Sequence record: SRR20825019_2178
Length of the DNA stretch: 44,441 nucleotides
Strand: one strand, 5' to 3'
In this document: positions 9,017-18,446 of the stretch, piece after piece
How the letters are laid out: every line of letters begins with the position of its first letter
How positions within the stretch are numbered: position 1 is the stretch's first letter
Translations under genes and position numbers: made by a program
The notes under the pieces: generated by a model
The model's input: the letters and a program-made list of their open reading frames with translations, nothing else
What the model was told of the DNA's origin: nothing
The model's database searches: none

Positions 9017-9447
9017 CAGCCCACCTTGAAGGCCATGTCAGCGGCCGTCAGCCGCATCGTGCCCGTGCCGATCTGGCGCAGCACGACGATCCGCGCGCCA
9101 ATCACGACCCCAAGCGCGCCGCCGACTTCATTGTCGTCGCCAATCAGCGCGATATCGCCGACGCGGGCCATGGCGATCGGGCTTTCGGGCATCATCGACC
9201 GCATCAGGCCGGCAAGGCCGTCATGGCCAAGCTCGGCCAGCAGCGCGCCGGCGCTGACGGCATCGTGATAACAGCCGCGAAGCGGCGCGGCCGGGTCGAT
9301 CCCGGTCATCGTCTCGACCGCTCCGGCGGCAAGCGTCACGTAGCAATCGCCGGTGCCCCATCTGAAGTCCAATGTCTTTAGACCGGAAACAAATGCGAAC
9401 AGCCTCGGCCGCCAGTCGGTGCGTCTTGTCAGATCGAGCATCGTCAT
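9016..9447 (-). CDS. NlpC/P60-like tail protein (lambda K position)
   Basis: FRWGTGDC motif and ARVGDIAL; ATG at 9447 overlaps the upstream stop. Confidence 0.75.
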   Translation of the reverse strand: MTMLDLTRRTDWRPRLFAFVSGLKTLDFRWGTGDCYVTLAAGAVETMTGIDPAAPLRGCYHDAVSAGALLAELGHDGLAGLMRSMMPESPIAMARVGDIALIGDDNEVGGALGVVIGARIVVLRQIGTGTMRLTAADMAFKVG

Positions 9448-10073
9448 TCTCCTTTCTGTCCCCACCAGATCGTCCAGTCGCCAGCGGTCGAGGCGTAAAG
9501 CGACCACTCGTCGCCGTTCGCATGCGCCTTCTGGTCCTCGTAGGAGCTCTTGCGGGGATTGATGCGGGTCAGCATCGACATCAGGTCGGGCACGCAGGTG
9601 AGCGCGATCGCGCCCTCCTCGCCGGCGGCCGGCGTCGAAAGCGGCGCCTTGTCGACCTCGCCAACGAAGTCGAGCAGCGAGCCGATCATCGCGCCGGTTG
9701 CCGGATCGAGATAGAGCGTGTGCACCTCGACGCGGGCAAGCCGGATATCGAGGGTGCGCAACAATGCCTGGGCGACATCGGCGATCTGGGAAAGCCGGAT
9801 GGTCAGCGGCCGGATCGTCATATCGGTGGCGCAGACGATATTGCCGACATCGATCAGCGTGCCGCCGCCATAGTATGCGCGCGTCTCGGCCGCGCCGGTC
9901 AGTCCGGAAGCGAGCGTGATCGAAAGGTCCTCATCACCCGCCCAGACGCCCATTCCCGTCACAAGGCCGGTGACGCGATCGCGCGCATGGACATAGACGA
10001 GCTTGCGTTCCGAAAGCCCGTTGTCGGCGGCGTTCTCCAGCGCCGCGATGATCCCTTCGCTGGCATAGATCAT
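9444..10073 (-). CDS. Minor tail / hub protein (lambda L position)
   Basis: Synteny between Dit-like and NlpC/P60-like genes; coupled start and stop. Confidence 0.7.
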   Translation of the reverse strand: MIYASEGIIAALENAADNGLSERKLVYVHARDRVTGLVTGMGVWAGDEDLSITLASGLTGAAETRAYYGGGTLIDVGNIVCATDMTIRPLTIRLSQIADVAQALLRTLDIRLARVEVHTLYLDPATGAMIGSLLDFVGEVDKAPLSTPAAGEEGAIALTCVPDLMSMLTRINPRKSSYEDQKAHANGDEWSLYASTAGDWTIWWGQKGE

Positions 10074-10708
10074 GACGGCTTCCTCTTCTGGATGACTTCG
10101 ATCCGGCCGCCGCGCGTCAGCGCCGATGATGCCGTTCCGGGCTTGTGACCGCCGGGCGAGACGATCGCGGCGAAGGCGGGACGGATCAGGGTGACGACGG
10201 CATTGATCGAAAGCGAAAAAGGCAGAAGCGGAAACACCGGCAGATCGACCAGCCCGCCGGCATTGGCGGCGGTCGTGGCGCGGACCTCGTGGTAACTCAA
10301 AAGCGCGTCCTCGCTGAGTTGGAGCTTGTCGCCGACGGTCAGGACATAGCCCGCCGGCAGACCGGAAAGCCGTGCGATCGAGCGATCGGCGCCGGTGGCG
10401 CGCACATGAACAACCGAACCGCCAAGCGCCGCGCCGTTGAAATCGGCCTGCGGCCAGAGCGAGGTCGGATCACAAACCATGAAGGCGTCGCGCATGCCAC
10501 TGAGCGAACGGATCAGGGCGGCGGCTTGTTTCAGCTCGTTGTTGCGGGCGTCCCCCAAGGTAATCGTCGCAGTCCAGAGCGGCGGCGCGAGTTCGACGCC
10601 AAGCAGCGCGCCCGAGCCCTGGCCGGACAATTCGTCATTGCGTTTGATGTCGAGCTCGAAGCCAGAAATCGGCAGACGATCGAAGATGGCGGGCAGCGAA
10701 TAGATCAT
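10070..10708 (-). CDS. Distal tail protein (Dit-like)
   Basis: Immediately after the tape measure with TGATG overlap; APPLWTATITL and LTVGDKL motifs. Confidence 0.7.
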   Translation of the reverse strand: MIYSLPAIFDRLPISGFELDIKRNDELSGQGSGALLGVELAPPLWTATITLGDARNNELKQAAALIRSLSGMRDAFMVCDPTSLWPQADFNGAALGGSVVHVRATGADRSIARLSGLPAGYVLTVGDKLQLSEDALLSYHEVRATTAANAGGLVDLPVFPLLPFSLSINAVVTLIRPAFAAIVSPGGHKPGTASSALTRGGRIEVIQKRKPS

Positions 10709-13700
10709 CAGCGCCACCTCGGCCGGTCATTGATCGCCGCGACCCGATCCGGCAGGTGGCTGTCATATTCATCAAGCGCCTGCTTCATGCCGGCATAGGC
10801 GGCCTGACGGGCTTTCTCCTCGATTGCCCGGTCGCCCTCGGCGCCCTCAAGCGAGATGTTGATCGCGATCGACGGCCGCGCGGCCGATCCGGCATTGTCG
10901 TTGGACGCTGGCATGGCAAATGGCAGGCTCTCGACCACGCCGCCCATGGCATAGCCGCGCTTGCCAAGCCGCATTGCCTCGACCACGCGCACGCCGCCGG
11001 CGCGGGCGACATCGCTCTGCGACCAGACGACTTCGCCTCTGTGCACGACGCCGGCCGGTTCATGAACGCCGCCAGGGCCGGTATAGCCGCCGCTATCGTA
11101 AAGCCCGGTCCAAAGCCCTGCGGCGACATTCGCCTGGGCGATCTCCAACTGTGATTTGCCGCCGCCGCCGAACAGCGAGCCAAGCGCCGAAAGAAGTCCG
11201 CCGCCCGTGCCGCCGGACGGCTGATAGGAGGAGAGAAGCCCGCCGAACTGGTTGAGGCCATTTCCGAGCGTGCCGAGCCCATCGGTGGCAATCCCCGCAT
11301 TGCCGGCAAGTCCCGAAAGCGCATTGGCGGCTTCCGTCGCACGGCGCACCTGAAGATCGGCGGCATTCGCCCAGCCAAGTCCGACGCCGTTCGACGTGTT
11401 GCCCGACAGCATTTGAAGTTGCAATCCACCGTCGAGCAAACGCGATGCGCCGGTCGCAAGGCCGACATGCCCGCCCATCTCACCGGCGCCAAGTCCGCGC
11501 GAGTTCAACAGAACGTCGCCGCGCCTCAGGTTCGACGGATCGACCTGCACGCCCCAGTTCTGGAAGGCATTGGCAACCAGCGAGCCAGACCCATCAATGC
11601 CGACCTGGCTGAGCGCGGCGTTGACAAAGCCCGCGCACCATTGCGTCTGCGCGGCATTGATATCGACGCCGCCGGCACGCAGGAATGCGTTGATGTCGGA
11701 CAGTCCGTTGGTCTCGGTCGCGCCGAGCAGACCGAAGGCCTTGTCAACGCAGCTTGCCGCCAGTCCGCTGCCGGCATTGTCATTGGCGGCAAAGCCAGAC
11801 AGAAGACCGCCCGCGCCGGAAGCAATCCCGCCATTGACGATCACGGTCGCCGCCTGGACATTCATCGCGCTGACGCTCTGGCCGGTGAAAGCGGAAAACA
11901 GACCGTCAGCCGGCCGGTTCATGACATCGCCGAGCGTGCCATAATTTGTGCCGAGCCAATCGTTCTTCAGCGGATTGTTGAGGGTCAGGTCCATAAGGCT
12001 CTGACCGAGCGACGACGTCAGATTGTCGAAGATCGCGCCGAAATCGCCGTCTTTCAGATCGTCGAAATTGAAGATCGCGTCAATCGCGCTTTCGCCGGCC
12101 GATTTGACCTCACCCCAGGCATCGCGCATGCGCTCCAGTTCGCTCGTCTGATCGGCGATAGCGCGGACGTTCTGAATGCGCTGCACTGCTTCCCGATCGC
12201 CAAGGGACAGGCCTTCGCGGCGGATCGCCTGCATCTCCTCAAGCACGGCAAGCTCGCGCCGCCGCCTTGCCTCGCTGGCGCCGACAAGGGCGGCCTCGGC
12301 GCGAAGTTGCTCCACGGTTTCCGTCTGTGACCGCGCCCGGTCCCGACTGGCTTCCGCTCGTTCGACGGCGCTTGCGACCTCGGCCTCGGCGGCGGCAAGC
12401 GCCAGCCGGGATTGGGCGGCGGCGCTGTCGAGCGCGATACCCTCACGGGTCAGCTTCTGCTGTTCCCCGAACACCGCGATCGCGCGCCGGCGCTCAGCCG
12501 AGGTCGCGCCGATCAGGCCGAGCTGCAGCTTCAGACCGGCAATGTCTTCCTGCCTCGACCGGATTGCGTCGCGATTGCTTTCCGCGCGCGCCTCAACGGC
12601 TGCAGCCGCATAGGCTTCTTTCAGTCCGGTGACGATCCCTTCAAGCCTTCGCTTTTCCTCGCCCTCGGCCTCAGCGGCGGCGGCGATCAAAGGCCGGAGC
12701 TGCAACTCCTCCTGCAGGATGCGATTGGCGTCCGCCGCCGACAGCGCGCCGGCGGCAACCTGGGCATTCAGGCCAGCGCGAATATCGGTCTCGGTGTTGA
12801 TCTGGTCGATCTGAGACTGCGCGCCGGCAATCGTGTTTTCGATCACCCGGCTATAGGCGCGCTGCACCTCGGCATCGGCCGTCGCCTGATCGATCTCCTG
12901 CCCCTGCAGCTCAAGCCGCTTGCGCCGCGCCTCCAGTTCGGCGCGAAGCACCGGATTGCGCTCATTGGCGATCTGGATATCGAGCCGGTCGAGATCGTTG
13001 AGACGCTGCTGTTTGGTCAGCAGGCCGTCGAGCGCCCGTTCCTTGGCTTCAAGCGCCTTGTTAAGCCGATCGCCTTCGCCCGCCTCGATGTCGGCCGGCT
13101 TCAGATTGGTAATGCCGGTCTGAAGCGCTTCGATCTGGTTCTTGTAGGTCTCGATCTGATTGGTTGTCGAAAGCGCCGGCGATGCGTCAGCGATCGTGGA
13201 TGCTGCCGTCACCCGCGCCTGCGCTTCGGCGACCCGACGCTGTTCTTCTTCCTGCCTGCGATCGGCAAGCAGCCGGTCAAGCTCGACCTGAGCCTCAAGC
13301 GCATCTGCGGCGAGCGCGCCGGCGCGGGCGGGACCGCGAACCTGCGACCGTCCGCCGCGCACGATCCGCGCCTGCAGGGCAGCAATCTGTTCGTCGCGGG
13401 ACGGGCCATCAATCGCCCGGCTGATCTGCTCGCCGGTCCAGTTGAAGGCATTGCCCGTGCCGGTCGCAATCGCCTGCCATGCCCGGACGAATGCGTTGGT
13501 CGATTTTTCCGCGCTGGCGAGCTTATCCGGAAGCCGATCGAGGATCAGCGCCTGGGCTTCGATCAGCCGGTTCTGGGCGGAAAGGTTGCGAACCTGACGT
13601 GCGGTCGCAGCGTCGAGCAGATTGTATTGGCGCGAGAGCGTATCTGCCGCCTTGGCCGGATCGGCGAACATCTCGGCAAGCGCGTCACCGGCATCCGATG

Positions 13701-15261
13701 CCGAAACGCCAATGGTCGCGGCAAAGTCCCGGCTGATGCCGATCATCGCCTCGAAATTCTGCGAGCCGACCTTACCGGTCCTCAAAAATGCGCTCTCCAT
13801 CGAGCGCGCCGCGCTGACCGATATGCCGGCGGCGGCGGCTCCGGCCTGCGCCGACGCTTCCATCTCCGACGCCGTTCCGGCAACCGCCCGGCCGAGACCG
13901 GTGGCGGCGGTCTCGACTTCTTTGGTCGAGGACAGGTAGGCGCTATAGGCGACGACGCCCAGGCCAGCGGCGGCCGTCAGACCGCCAATGCCGAGCGTGA
14001 CCGGATTGATCAGCCGCGTCAGCCCGCCAAGGATCGACCCGAAATCCTTCAGCGCCATGTTGACGCCGCCCTGGCCGGCATAGAGCTGGACGATCTGCGG
14101 GCCCTGCTGCGCCATGATCATCGCCGGGTTCATGCCCATGGCGGCGGTCTGGCCGATGTCGAAGAGCTGATAGGTCAGGTTCTGGCGGCGGAACCGGCTG
14201 TTGCCATCGCCGACCATGCCGCCGGCCATCGCGGTATTGCGCCCCTTGATCGCGTCGATCGAGGCCAGCGTTGCCTGCCGCTGACGACTGATCGCGGCCG
14301 TCATCTCATCGGTGGAGATCGCGCCGAGGCGTTGGGCCTCGCGGATCTCCGAAACCTCCTGCCGATAGCGTTGCGTGACGGCGAACAACGGATTGTATTT
14401 GGCCCGCAGCCCGTCGAGTTCAGCGCCATAGGCGGCGATATCAGCGCCGCGATCGGGCGTAATGGTGGCGCGGGCGACGATACCTTCGGCGGCCTTTTTC
14501 TTTGCCAGGGCCGATCGCTCTGCCGCCGTTGTCACGGCGTTGAATGCGTTGCGCTCCTGCAATCTGATATCAATGGCCTGGCTGGCGGAAATGACGCCGG
14601 CGCTTTGCGCCTGATTGATCTTCTCGATTGCCTGCTGATAGCGTTGCTGCGCGGCAAAGAGAGGATCGAACTGCGCCTGAAGCGCATCAAGCTGAGCGCC
14701 ATAGGCGGCAATGTCGCCAGCCGAGCGTGCTCGCTCGCCGGTCACGCCGAGAAGGGCATCAGTTTGCTCGCGAAAGCTCGTGTCGACGAAATTGTCATAG
14801 GCCGCCTGGCGCTGGCGGATCGAATTCACTGCATTCCGGTTCGCCACCTCCTCGCGCATCGTGGCGGCGACCCATTCGTTGATCGAGATCGCGCCGCGCC
14901 GATAGGCTTCGTCAATCCGATCGATCTCGACATTATGCGTCCGTTCAGTTGCAAAAAGCGGGCTATAGCTTGCGCGGATATCGTCGAGCTTCATGCCGAA
15001 ATCGGCAAGCGAGGTATTGGCGGCTGTCAGCCCCGGGCCGATCCGGCCGAGGCCTGTGGAAGCGGCGATCACATTCTGCAGCGCTGAGGATGCGTCGCCA
15101 GCAGCGCCCGACATCACGGTAAAGCCGCGCGCGGCTTCGCCCCCGAAGGCGACCGCAGCCTTGCCTGTCGCCGAAAAGTCGTCGCGGGTTTCACGCATCT
15201 CGCGCTTTGCGGCGGATGCATCGGCTGTCAGAAGGATCGAGGCTTTCATCGGCTGGGCCAT
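10708..15261 (-). CDS. Tail tape measure protein with CHAP/NlpC-P60-like domain
   Basis: About 1517 aa, Ala-rich and helical; lambda-type QLFDIGQ...MAQQGPQI motif; WCAGFV...GGHVG...SGN hydrolase motifs. Confidence 0.93.
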   Translation of the reverse strand: MAQPMKASILLTADASAAKREMRETRDDFSATGKAAVAFGGEAARGFTVMSGAAGDASSALQNVIAASTGLGRIGPGLTAANTSLADFGMKLDDIRASYSPLFATERTHNVEIDRIDEAYRRGAISINEWVAATMREEVANRNAVNSIRQRQAAYDNFVDTSFREQTDALLGVTGERARSAGDIAAYGAQLDALQAQFDPLFAAQQRYQQAIEKINQAQSAGVISASQAIDIRLQERNAFNAVTTAAERSALAKKKAAEGIVARATITPDRGADIAAYGAELDGLRAKYNPLFAVTQRYRQEVSEIREAQRLGAISTDEMTAAISRQRQATLASIDAIKGRNTAMAGGMVGDGNSRFRRQNLTYQLFDIGQTAAMGMNPAMIMAQQGPQIVQLYAGQGGVNMALKDFGSILGGLTRLINPVTLGIGGLTAAAGLGVVAYSAYLSSTKEVETAATGLGRAVAGTASEMEASAQAGAAAAGISVSAARSMESAFLRTGKVGSQNFEAMIGISRDFAATIGVSASDAGDALAEMFADPAKAADTLSRQYNLLDAATARQVRNLSAQNRLIEAQALILDRLPDKLASAEKSTNAFVRAWQAIATGTGNAFNWTGEQISRAIDGPSRDEQIAALQARIVRGGRSQVRGPARAGALAADALEAQVELDRLLADRRQEEEQRRVAEAQARVTAASTIADASPALSTTNQIETYKNQIEALQTGITNLKPADIEAGEGDRLNKALEAKERALDGLLTKQQRLNDLDRLDIQIANERNPVLRAELEARRKRLELQGQEIDQATADAEVQRAYSRVIENTIAGAQSQIDQINTETDIRAGLNAQVAAGALSAADANRILQEELQLRPLIAAAAEAEGEEKRRLEGIVTGLKEAYAAAAVEARAESNRDAIRSRQEDIAGLKLQLGLIGATSAERRRAIAVFGEQQKLTREGIALDSAAAQSRLALAAAEAEVASAVERAEASRDRARSQTETVEQLRAEAALVGASEARRRRELAVLEEMQAIRREGLSLGDREAVQRIQNVRAIADQTSELERMRDAWGEVKSAGESAIDAIFNFDDLKDGDFGAIFDNLTSSLGQSLMDLTLNNPLKNDWLGTNYGTLGDVMNRPADGLFSAFTGQSVSAMNVQAATVIVNGGIASGAGGLLSGFAANDNAGSGLAASCVDKAFGLLGATETNGLSDINAFLRAGGVDINAAQTQWCAGFVNAALSQVGIDGSGSLVANAFQNWGVQVDPSNLRRGDVLLNSRGLGAGEMGGHVGLATGASRLLDGGLQLQMLSGNTSNGVGLGWANAADLQVRRATEAANALSGLAGNAGIATDGLGTLGNGLNQFGGLLSSYQPSGGTGGGLLSALGSLFGGGGKSQLEIAQANVAAGLWTGLYDSGGYTGPGGVHEPAGVVHRGEVVWSQSDVARAGGVRVVEAMRLGKRGYAMGGVVESLPFAMPASNDNAGSAARPSIAINISLEGAEGDRAIEEKARQAAYAGMKQALDEYDSHLPDRVAAINDRPRWR

Positions 15262-15602
15262 CATTCGCCTCCATTCAGTATGGCGAGCGCTTCGGCCTCC
15301 ATGATCTGGAGATCAGCGAACACCTCTTCGGGGAATGCCTGCCGGCGCATGACGACGTCGACGGCGCTATAGTCGAGCCCAAGCCAGATCATGCCGGCCA
15401 TCGTCGCCGCGACACGCCATTGCGTCTCGACGGCCAGAAAGCCCAGCATGCTGTCGCGATTGCTCGCCATGATCTCGATTGCCTCGGTCTCGAACGCATC
15501 CGGCGTGACCTCGACCGTCGCGCCCATCTTCTGAAAATCCGCTGCCGTGCCGTCATCAACCGTGACCGGCTCCCGCGCATCCGTCTTGCCGACCCGCGCC
15601 AA
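15261..15602 (-). CDS. DUF1799-like tail assembly chaperone, C-terminal part (made by -1 frameshift)
   Basis: TQWR...GLDYSAV...LQIMEAEAL motif; in the -1 frame from the upstream slippery site. Confidence 0.8.
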   Translation of the reverse strand: MARVGKTDAREPVTVDDGTAADFQKMGATVEVTPDAFETEAIEIMASNRDSMLGFLAVETQWRVAATMAGMIWLGLDYSAVDVVMRRQAFPEEVFADLQIMEAEALAILNGGE

Positions 15603-15625
15603 AGCCCAGGCGCGGGCCGCCGCCT

Positions 15626-16000
15626 TCAGTTTCCCAGGCGCGCTTCCTCGCCATTCAGACTGTCAGCGTATGCGTTATAAACCGCCTGCCGGAACCAGCT
15701 CTGATTGATGGCGCGACCGAAATTGTCGGCGTTGAAAGTCAGTTCATGCTCGTCGTCATCCTCGACGCCGCGCCAGTTCTTGCAGACGTCGAAGAGCTGC
15801 TTGCGCTCATGCTCCATGCGCTCGCGCGCCGAGGTTAGCTTGGCGGCGGCCTCGAGGCGGGCGATCGCCCGGTCCTGGCTTTCCGGTTCGAACAGGATCT
15901 CCAGCTCATAGGTGACGAACTTGCCCGGATTATCAGTGTCGGGCATGCGCACCTTGACGGGCCACCAGTAGCGATTGGTTTCGTTGAGGATGAACTTCAT
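15626..16000 (-). CDS. Tail assembly chaperone (lambda gpG-like)
   Basis: AGGAG SD; lies between tube and tape measure; ends LGN at the slippery site. Confidence 0.85.
   Translation of the reverse strand: MKFILNETNRYWWPVKVRMPDTDNPGKFVTYELEILFEPESQDRAIARLEAAAKLTSARERMEHERKQLFDVCKNWRGVEDDDEHELTFNADNFGRAINQSWFRQAVYNAYADSLNGEEARLGN
15629..15635 (-). other. -1 programmed ribosomal frameshift site G-GGA-AAC
   Basis: CTG GGA AAC TGA ends the chaperone; the -1 frame reads GKLKAAARAWALARVGK into the DUF1799 ORF, as in lambda gpG/gpGT. Confidence 0.85.
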
Positions 16001-16058
16001 GACGGCTCCTGCATTCAAAAGGGCTTCAAAGGGTCTTTGAAGGGCGCTTGAAGGGGCT

Positions 16059-16988
16059 TCAGCGGATGGTGATTTTCAGCTCGTCGAGACCCGCGACCGG
16101 GCAGAGCGCGAGCGGCAACGAATAGTTGACGATGTTGTTGGTCTGGCCCTGCGTCGGCTTGCCGATCTCGACCGCCGGCGCGGTGATCTCGACAATGTTG
16201 CCGGCGATATTACCGTGCGCGAGCGAGAGCGCGCCGCGCGTGCGGTTGCGGGCCGCATCGAACCAGTTGATCTCGGCAAGGCTCTTTGCCTCGACCACCG
16301 CCGTGCCGGTCGCTGACCGGTCGGAGATCGCCACCAGCTCGTCGCCGATCAGGAAGCGCGGTGTGACGGTATTGCCAAGATCGAGCGCGAGGCTTTCGGC
16401 AACCGATGCCCAGCCGTGAAGCGACATCGTCGTATTGGCTTTGGAAACCGCAAGCGGCGTCTGCCAACCGCCTTCGGAAACCGCCGGCATGACGCCGATA
16501 TCGGAGATCGTGCCGATCAGCCCGGTCATGGTGACGGTGTAATGCGGGATCTGCGACGGCGTGAAGTTCAGCCGCACCGTACCGCGCGCGCCGAGCATCA
16601 CATGCTGGACCTTGTCGGAGATGAAATAGATCGACGCCGACTCCTCGCCGTCCTCGATAATCTCATATTCCACCGAGGTGGCGGCCGTCACGGTCTGCGC
16701 CAGGCCGCAAGCCCGAAGGATCGCATCGTATTTCGGCTCTGTTCCGGCCGCCCCCGATCCAGCGACCTCGATGTCGAACTGCAGCGTTGCGTATTGGCCG
16801 GTGATGATCATGCCCTGATTGCCGAGATAAGGCAGGATCAGGTCGCGGCTCACCTCCTGCCCTTCGAGCGGCGTGAAGGTGACATTGGAGAAGATCATCG
16901 CGTCGGCGGCCGCCGGCGCGGCATCGCTTGCGTAGTCATCCTCGATTTTCACCAGGGCAGCCATTTTCTTGAAGCGGCGAACAGCCAT
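16059..16988 (-). CDS. Major tail tube protein
   Basis: 309 aa; AGSGAAGTEP...LRACG motif; no sheath gene nearby. Confidence 0.85.
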   Translation of the reverse strand: MAVRRFKKMAALVKIEDDYASDAAPAAADAMIFSNVTFTPLEGQEVSRDLILPYLGNQGMIITGQYATLQFDIEVAGSGAAGTEPKYDAILRACGLAQTVTAATSVEYEIIEDGEESASIYFISDKVQHVMLGARGTVRLNFTPSQIPHYTVTMTGLIGTISDIGVMPAVSEGGWQTPLAVSKANTTMSLHGWASVAESLALDLGNTVTPRFLIGDELVAISDRSATGTAVVEAKSLAEINWFDAARNRTRGALSLAHGNIAGNIVEITAPAVEIGKPTQGQTNNIVNYSLPLALCPVAGLDELKITIR

Positions 16989-16990
16989 TA

Positions 16991-17134
16991 TCAGGCTCCT
17001 TTGTTCTTGGTCGTCTCGGCCGGAGCCTCAGAACGGGTTTCCGGTTCGGCCTTGGCCGCGGGTTTTGCCGCCGGCGTCAGCTTTCCGGTCTTGGGATCGC
17101 GGACATAGCGTCCGCCTTTTGTCGGTCGTTTCAC
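16991..17134 (-). CDS. Small hypothetical protein (47 aa, GGRYVRDPKTGKL motif)
   Basis: Translated by hand; GTG overlaps the upstream stop; fills the gap before the tube gene. Confidence 0.6.
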   Translation of the reverse strand: MKRPTKGGRYVRDPKTGKLTPAAKPAAKAEPETRSEAPAETTKNKGA

Positions 17135-17556
17135 TGTTCGCTCCCTTCAAGAAACCGGCTGGTCTGCCAGGTCTGGACATAAATGCTGGCGCCATTGCCA
17201 AGTGCTGTTGCCTGCCCGCCGACCAGTTCCAGCGGCTCCTCGGCCGAGGGCGGCGTCCAGCCGGCAAGGGCGTTCTCGATCGCGGCCTTCAGATCGTCGA
17301 AGGCAAGCGCCCGCTTGCCGCCGCGCGCGTCGTATTGGCGGATGACGAAGGCCACGAGCATCTGGACCGCGACCATCTGCAGATGCCCGCCCATGGCGCG
17401 CTGGTTCGGCTCGGCTCGCTCGCGATAGGGCAGCACAAAGGCCGTGCCGCTCTTCGGGGCCGTCGCCTTGGTCAAACGTTCGATATCCTCGGCCGGCAAA
17501 ACGTCGGCGAGATCGGGCGCGGCATCCTTCAGCCTGGCAACGATGTCCGCGATCAC
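17131..17556 (-). CDS. Tail terminator (Mu gp37-like)
   Basis: GTG overlaps the gp36 stop; ALAGWTP motif; synteny. Confidence 0.75.
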   Translation of the reverse strand: MIADIVARLKDAAPDLADVLPAEDIERLTKATAPKSGTAFVLPYRERAEPNQRAMGGHLQMVAVQMLVAFVIRQYDARGGKRALAFDDLKAAIENALAGWTPPSAEEPLELVGGQATALGNGASIYVQTWQTSRFLEGSEQ

Positions 17557-17978
17557 AGCCAACCCTCCAACCTGTCTTTCGAGAAAGCTGGCTCCGGCCC
17601 GGTGACGCCGACATCGCCGGACTTCGAGGACGACGGATCGTCGCCGCCTGGAAGCGGCAATCTGATCCGGCCGGACGAGACTTTTTCGAGATCGGCGTTC
17701 GCGGCTTTCCAATCGCGCACCACATGATCGGGCGCGCCGTCGCGATGGAGGTGATAGCGGGCGATCGAGACCGCCCAGCCATTCACCTGCGACGGAATGA
17801 CGGCGAGCGGCAGGCGGTAGCGGACGGCGAGATAGCCGTCGATCGCGCTTGCCGCATTGGCGAGCGCCTTGGCGACGACCGCCGGATCGGCAACGCCATC
17901 GCCTTCGCGATCGGAGACCATCAGGATCTCGTCCTGGCCCGCGCGTTCGATCAGATCGTCGAGGGTCGCGTAATCCAT
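17553..17978 (-). CDS. Head-tail adaptor, Mu gp36/DUF1320 family
   Basis: YATLDDL...IDGYLAVRYRLPL...IARYHL motifs. Confidence 0.9.
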   Translation of the reverse strand: MDYATLDDLIERAGQDEILMVSDREGDGVADPAVVAKALANAASAIDGYLAVRYRLPLAVIPSQVNGWAVSIARYHLHRDGAPDHVVRDWKAANADLEKVSSGRIRLPLPGGDDPSSSKSGDVGVTGPEPAFSKDRLEGWL

Positions 17979-17980
17979 GC

Positions 17981-18388
17981 CTATTCCACCTCGACAGGCG
18001 TGCCGTGATCCCAGACCGGCGAAACCGCGCCGAGGCCCGCCAGTTCATCATGGCCGGCGCGGGAGACGGTCACCCGGCCCGCACGGGGAATGCGCTTGCC
18101 TTCAAAACGAACCGGCTTGAGCATGACGAAGCGGCGCAGGTTCGGATTGACGGTCTGCTGAATGGCTAAAGGTTCGGGCGTTGTTTCCCGCTGCACTTTG
18201 CTGTCGTCACCATTGGATGCGATTTCGGTCGCCGGTGCGGGCGCAGTCGCGGAAGGCTGTTCGGGCGTCGCGTTTGCGTTCTCGACCGTCTCACCTTTCG
18301 CCTCGGCGTTCTTCGCCGTCTCCGTCTCGGCATCCGCTGTGGTCGTCTCGTCAGCCTTCGGCTTAGCGGTCTGTTTCTGTCGTGCCAT
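17981..18388 (-). CDS. Mu gp35-position hypothetical protein (135 aa)
   Basis: GGAG SD before the ATG at 18388; low-complexity N-terminus; lies between capsid and gp36. Confidence 0.7.
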   Translation of the reverse strand: MARQKQTAKPKADETTTADAETETAKNAEAKGETVENANATPEQPSATAPAPATEIASNGDDSKVQRETTPEPLAIQQTVNPNLRRFVMLKPVRFEGKRIPRAGRVTVSRAGHDELAGLGAVSPVWDHGTPVEVE

Positions 18389-18446
18389 TGTCTGCTCCAG
18401 CTCTCGGGTTTTGCCGCGCCCGGCGATCAAGGCCGGGCGTTGCTCG

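Noticed and set aside
12412-15087. 891-aa + strand ORF
   Set aside because: Antisense shadow of the tape measure gene
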